Below, piece by piece: positions 62,844-64,000 of a DNA stretch of 64,000 nt. Made by a program: the position numbers and the translations under genes. Location: NCBI GenBank assembly GCA_021785355.1, contig JAJYFR010000002.1, forward strand, positions 10,529 to 74,528, given 5' to 3'. The notes under the pieces were generated by a model. That model did not search any database and was not told the DNA's origin. It worked only from the letters and a program-made list of their open reading frames with translations. The stretch is from a bacterium (GTDB lineage: Bacteria > Patescibacteriota > Dojkabacteria > JAKAPS01 > JAJZLI01). Within the stretch, counting starts at the first letter, position 1. Every line of letters begins with the position of its first letter.

Positions 62844-64000
62844 GGAGGATGAAAAAAATAAAATAGTTATAAAGATTATTGAATATTTTGTTTACATAGT
62901 AAGCATATTTTATTTAATAACATATTCAATATATGCAATATATACCAATATTAATTATCATTATTTATCAAAATATATAATAATGACTGTATTTTTCACA
63001 ATTTTTACATATGCATACAATCACCTTATTAATATAAAATCATTGCATAAAAAAATATATATAGAAGAAATTATAATAACAATATTCTTATTTACATCAA
63101 TCCTAATATTGAATCAATTAAATTACCTCGTGTTCCTATTATTTCCAATGATAACTTTGACTCTAATAATACTTGGAATGAACATTAAAGAGACTATGCT
63201 ATATATGGCAATAAACATATTGGGAGTATTGATACTTATAATTGATCCGAGCTTTTCCAGTATTCAAAATAGATTCTATTTAACAACATTTATGTCTATC
63301 AATATTCTAGTAATTATCGTAAATATAAATTATTTAAATATTTATAAAACATTTACTAATAAATATAAAAACGAGATTTATCTAAAAGTTCAGAATGATG
63401 AGTTAAATAAAGAAAAAGATGAATTTTTTGAAATAGCATCTCAAGAATTGGTTACGCCTATAGATAATACATCTAATGCTGTAGAAGAAATACTTTATAG
63501 ATATAAAAATGATTTATCTGAAAACATATCAAACACTTTATCTAAAATGCTTACAAATATAAGAATATTAAAACAGTTATCTCAAAATATGTTGAGTATA
63601 AAAACACTAAATATAGAAAATATATCAATAGATATAGAAGAATATGACACAAAAAAATTAATAAGAGAAGTTATAGAAACAATGGATCCTAAAGCAAAAG
63701 AAAGAAATTCAGATATAACATCAAATATAGATCCAAATACTAAAAATATACATATTGATCCAAATAGAATGGGAGAGGTATTAAGGAATTTATTAGATAA
63801 TGCAATAAAATATTCACCTACTAATAGTATTATAAAAATAAATGCATATACTAAGAATGATACAACCGTAATTGAAATAGTCGATAATGGAATTGGAATA
63901 CCTCAAAAAGATATACCTCATTTGTTTGAAAAATTTTATAGAGCTTCAAATGTAGAAATGAATACAAAACAAGGATCTGGAATTGGATTATATCTTGTAA
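62836..64000 (+). CDS. Multi-TM histidine kinase-like protein, runs off the window end; H-box His replaced by Gln
   Basis: Manual translation, open from ATG 62836: 'EFFEIASQELVTP', 'NLLDNAIKY', 'DNGIGI', 'GSGIGLY'. Confidence 0.85.
   Translation, partial: MNEEDEKNKIVIKIIEYFVYIVSIFYLITYSIYAIYTNINYHYLSKYIIMTVFFTIFTYAYNHLINIKSLHKKIYIEEIIITIFLFTSILILNQLNYLVFLLFPMITLTLIILGMNIKETMLYMAINILGVLILIIDPSFSSIQNRFYLTTFMSINILVIIVNINYLNIYKTFTNKYKNEIYLKVQNDELNKEKDEFFEIASQELVTPIDNTSNAVEEILYRYKNDLSENISNTLSKMLTNIRILKQLSQNMLSIKTLNIENISIDIEEYDTKKLIREVIETMDPKAKERNSDITSNIDPNTKNIHIDPNRMGEVLRNLLDNAIKYSPTNSIIKINAYTKNDTTVIEIVDNGIGIPQKDIPHLFEKFYRASNVEMNTKQGSGIGLYLV

Overview
Very AT-rich bacterial chromosomal segment using standard code 11 (TGA is a stop). 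Gene content is consistent with a Patescibacteria/CPR-type genome (inference): truncated RpoA, type IV pilins, typical CPR hypothetical proteins and little biosynthesis. Housekeeping blocks: infA-rpmJ-rpsM-rpsK-rpsD-rpoA-rplQ-rplM-rpsI, dnaG, ppa, a SUF Fe-S cluster, guaB, pcrA, lepA, rpsT, rnhA, holA, mltG-yqgF-alaS, iscS, tRNA-Ser(GGA) and tRNA-Cys(GCA). The most striking region is 19.8-34.4 kb. There an F1-type ATPase operon (b-delta-alpha-gamma-beta-epsilon) has no subunit a and no canonical subunit c. It is bracketed by two paralogous exported proteins ending in a subunit-c-like hairpin (RNP loop) that lacks the ion-binding carboxylate. It is also co-oriented with, or divergent from, three pairs of WxL-like secreted proteins and DUF916-like partners. 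A 2233-aa protein with 18 Kelch-like repeats at 8-6709 carries the same WxL-like C-terminal domain. This suggests an F1-like ATPase repurposed for a surface-fibre or attachment apparatus. Family assignments come from motif recognition only; no searches were run.
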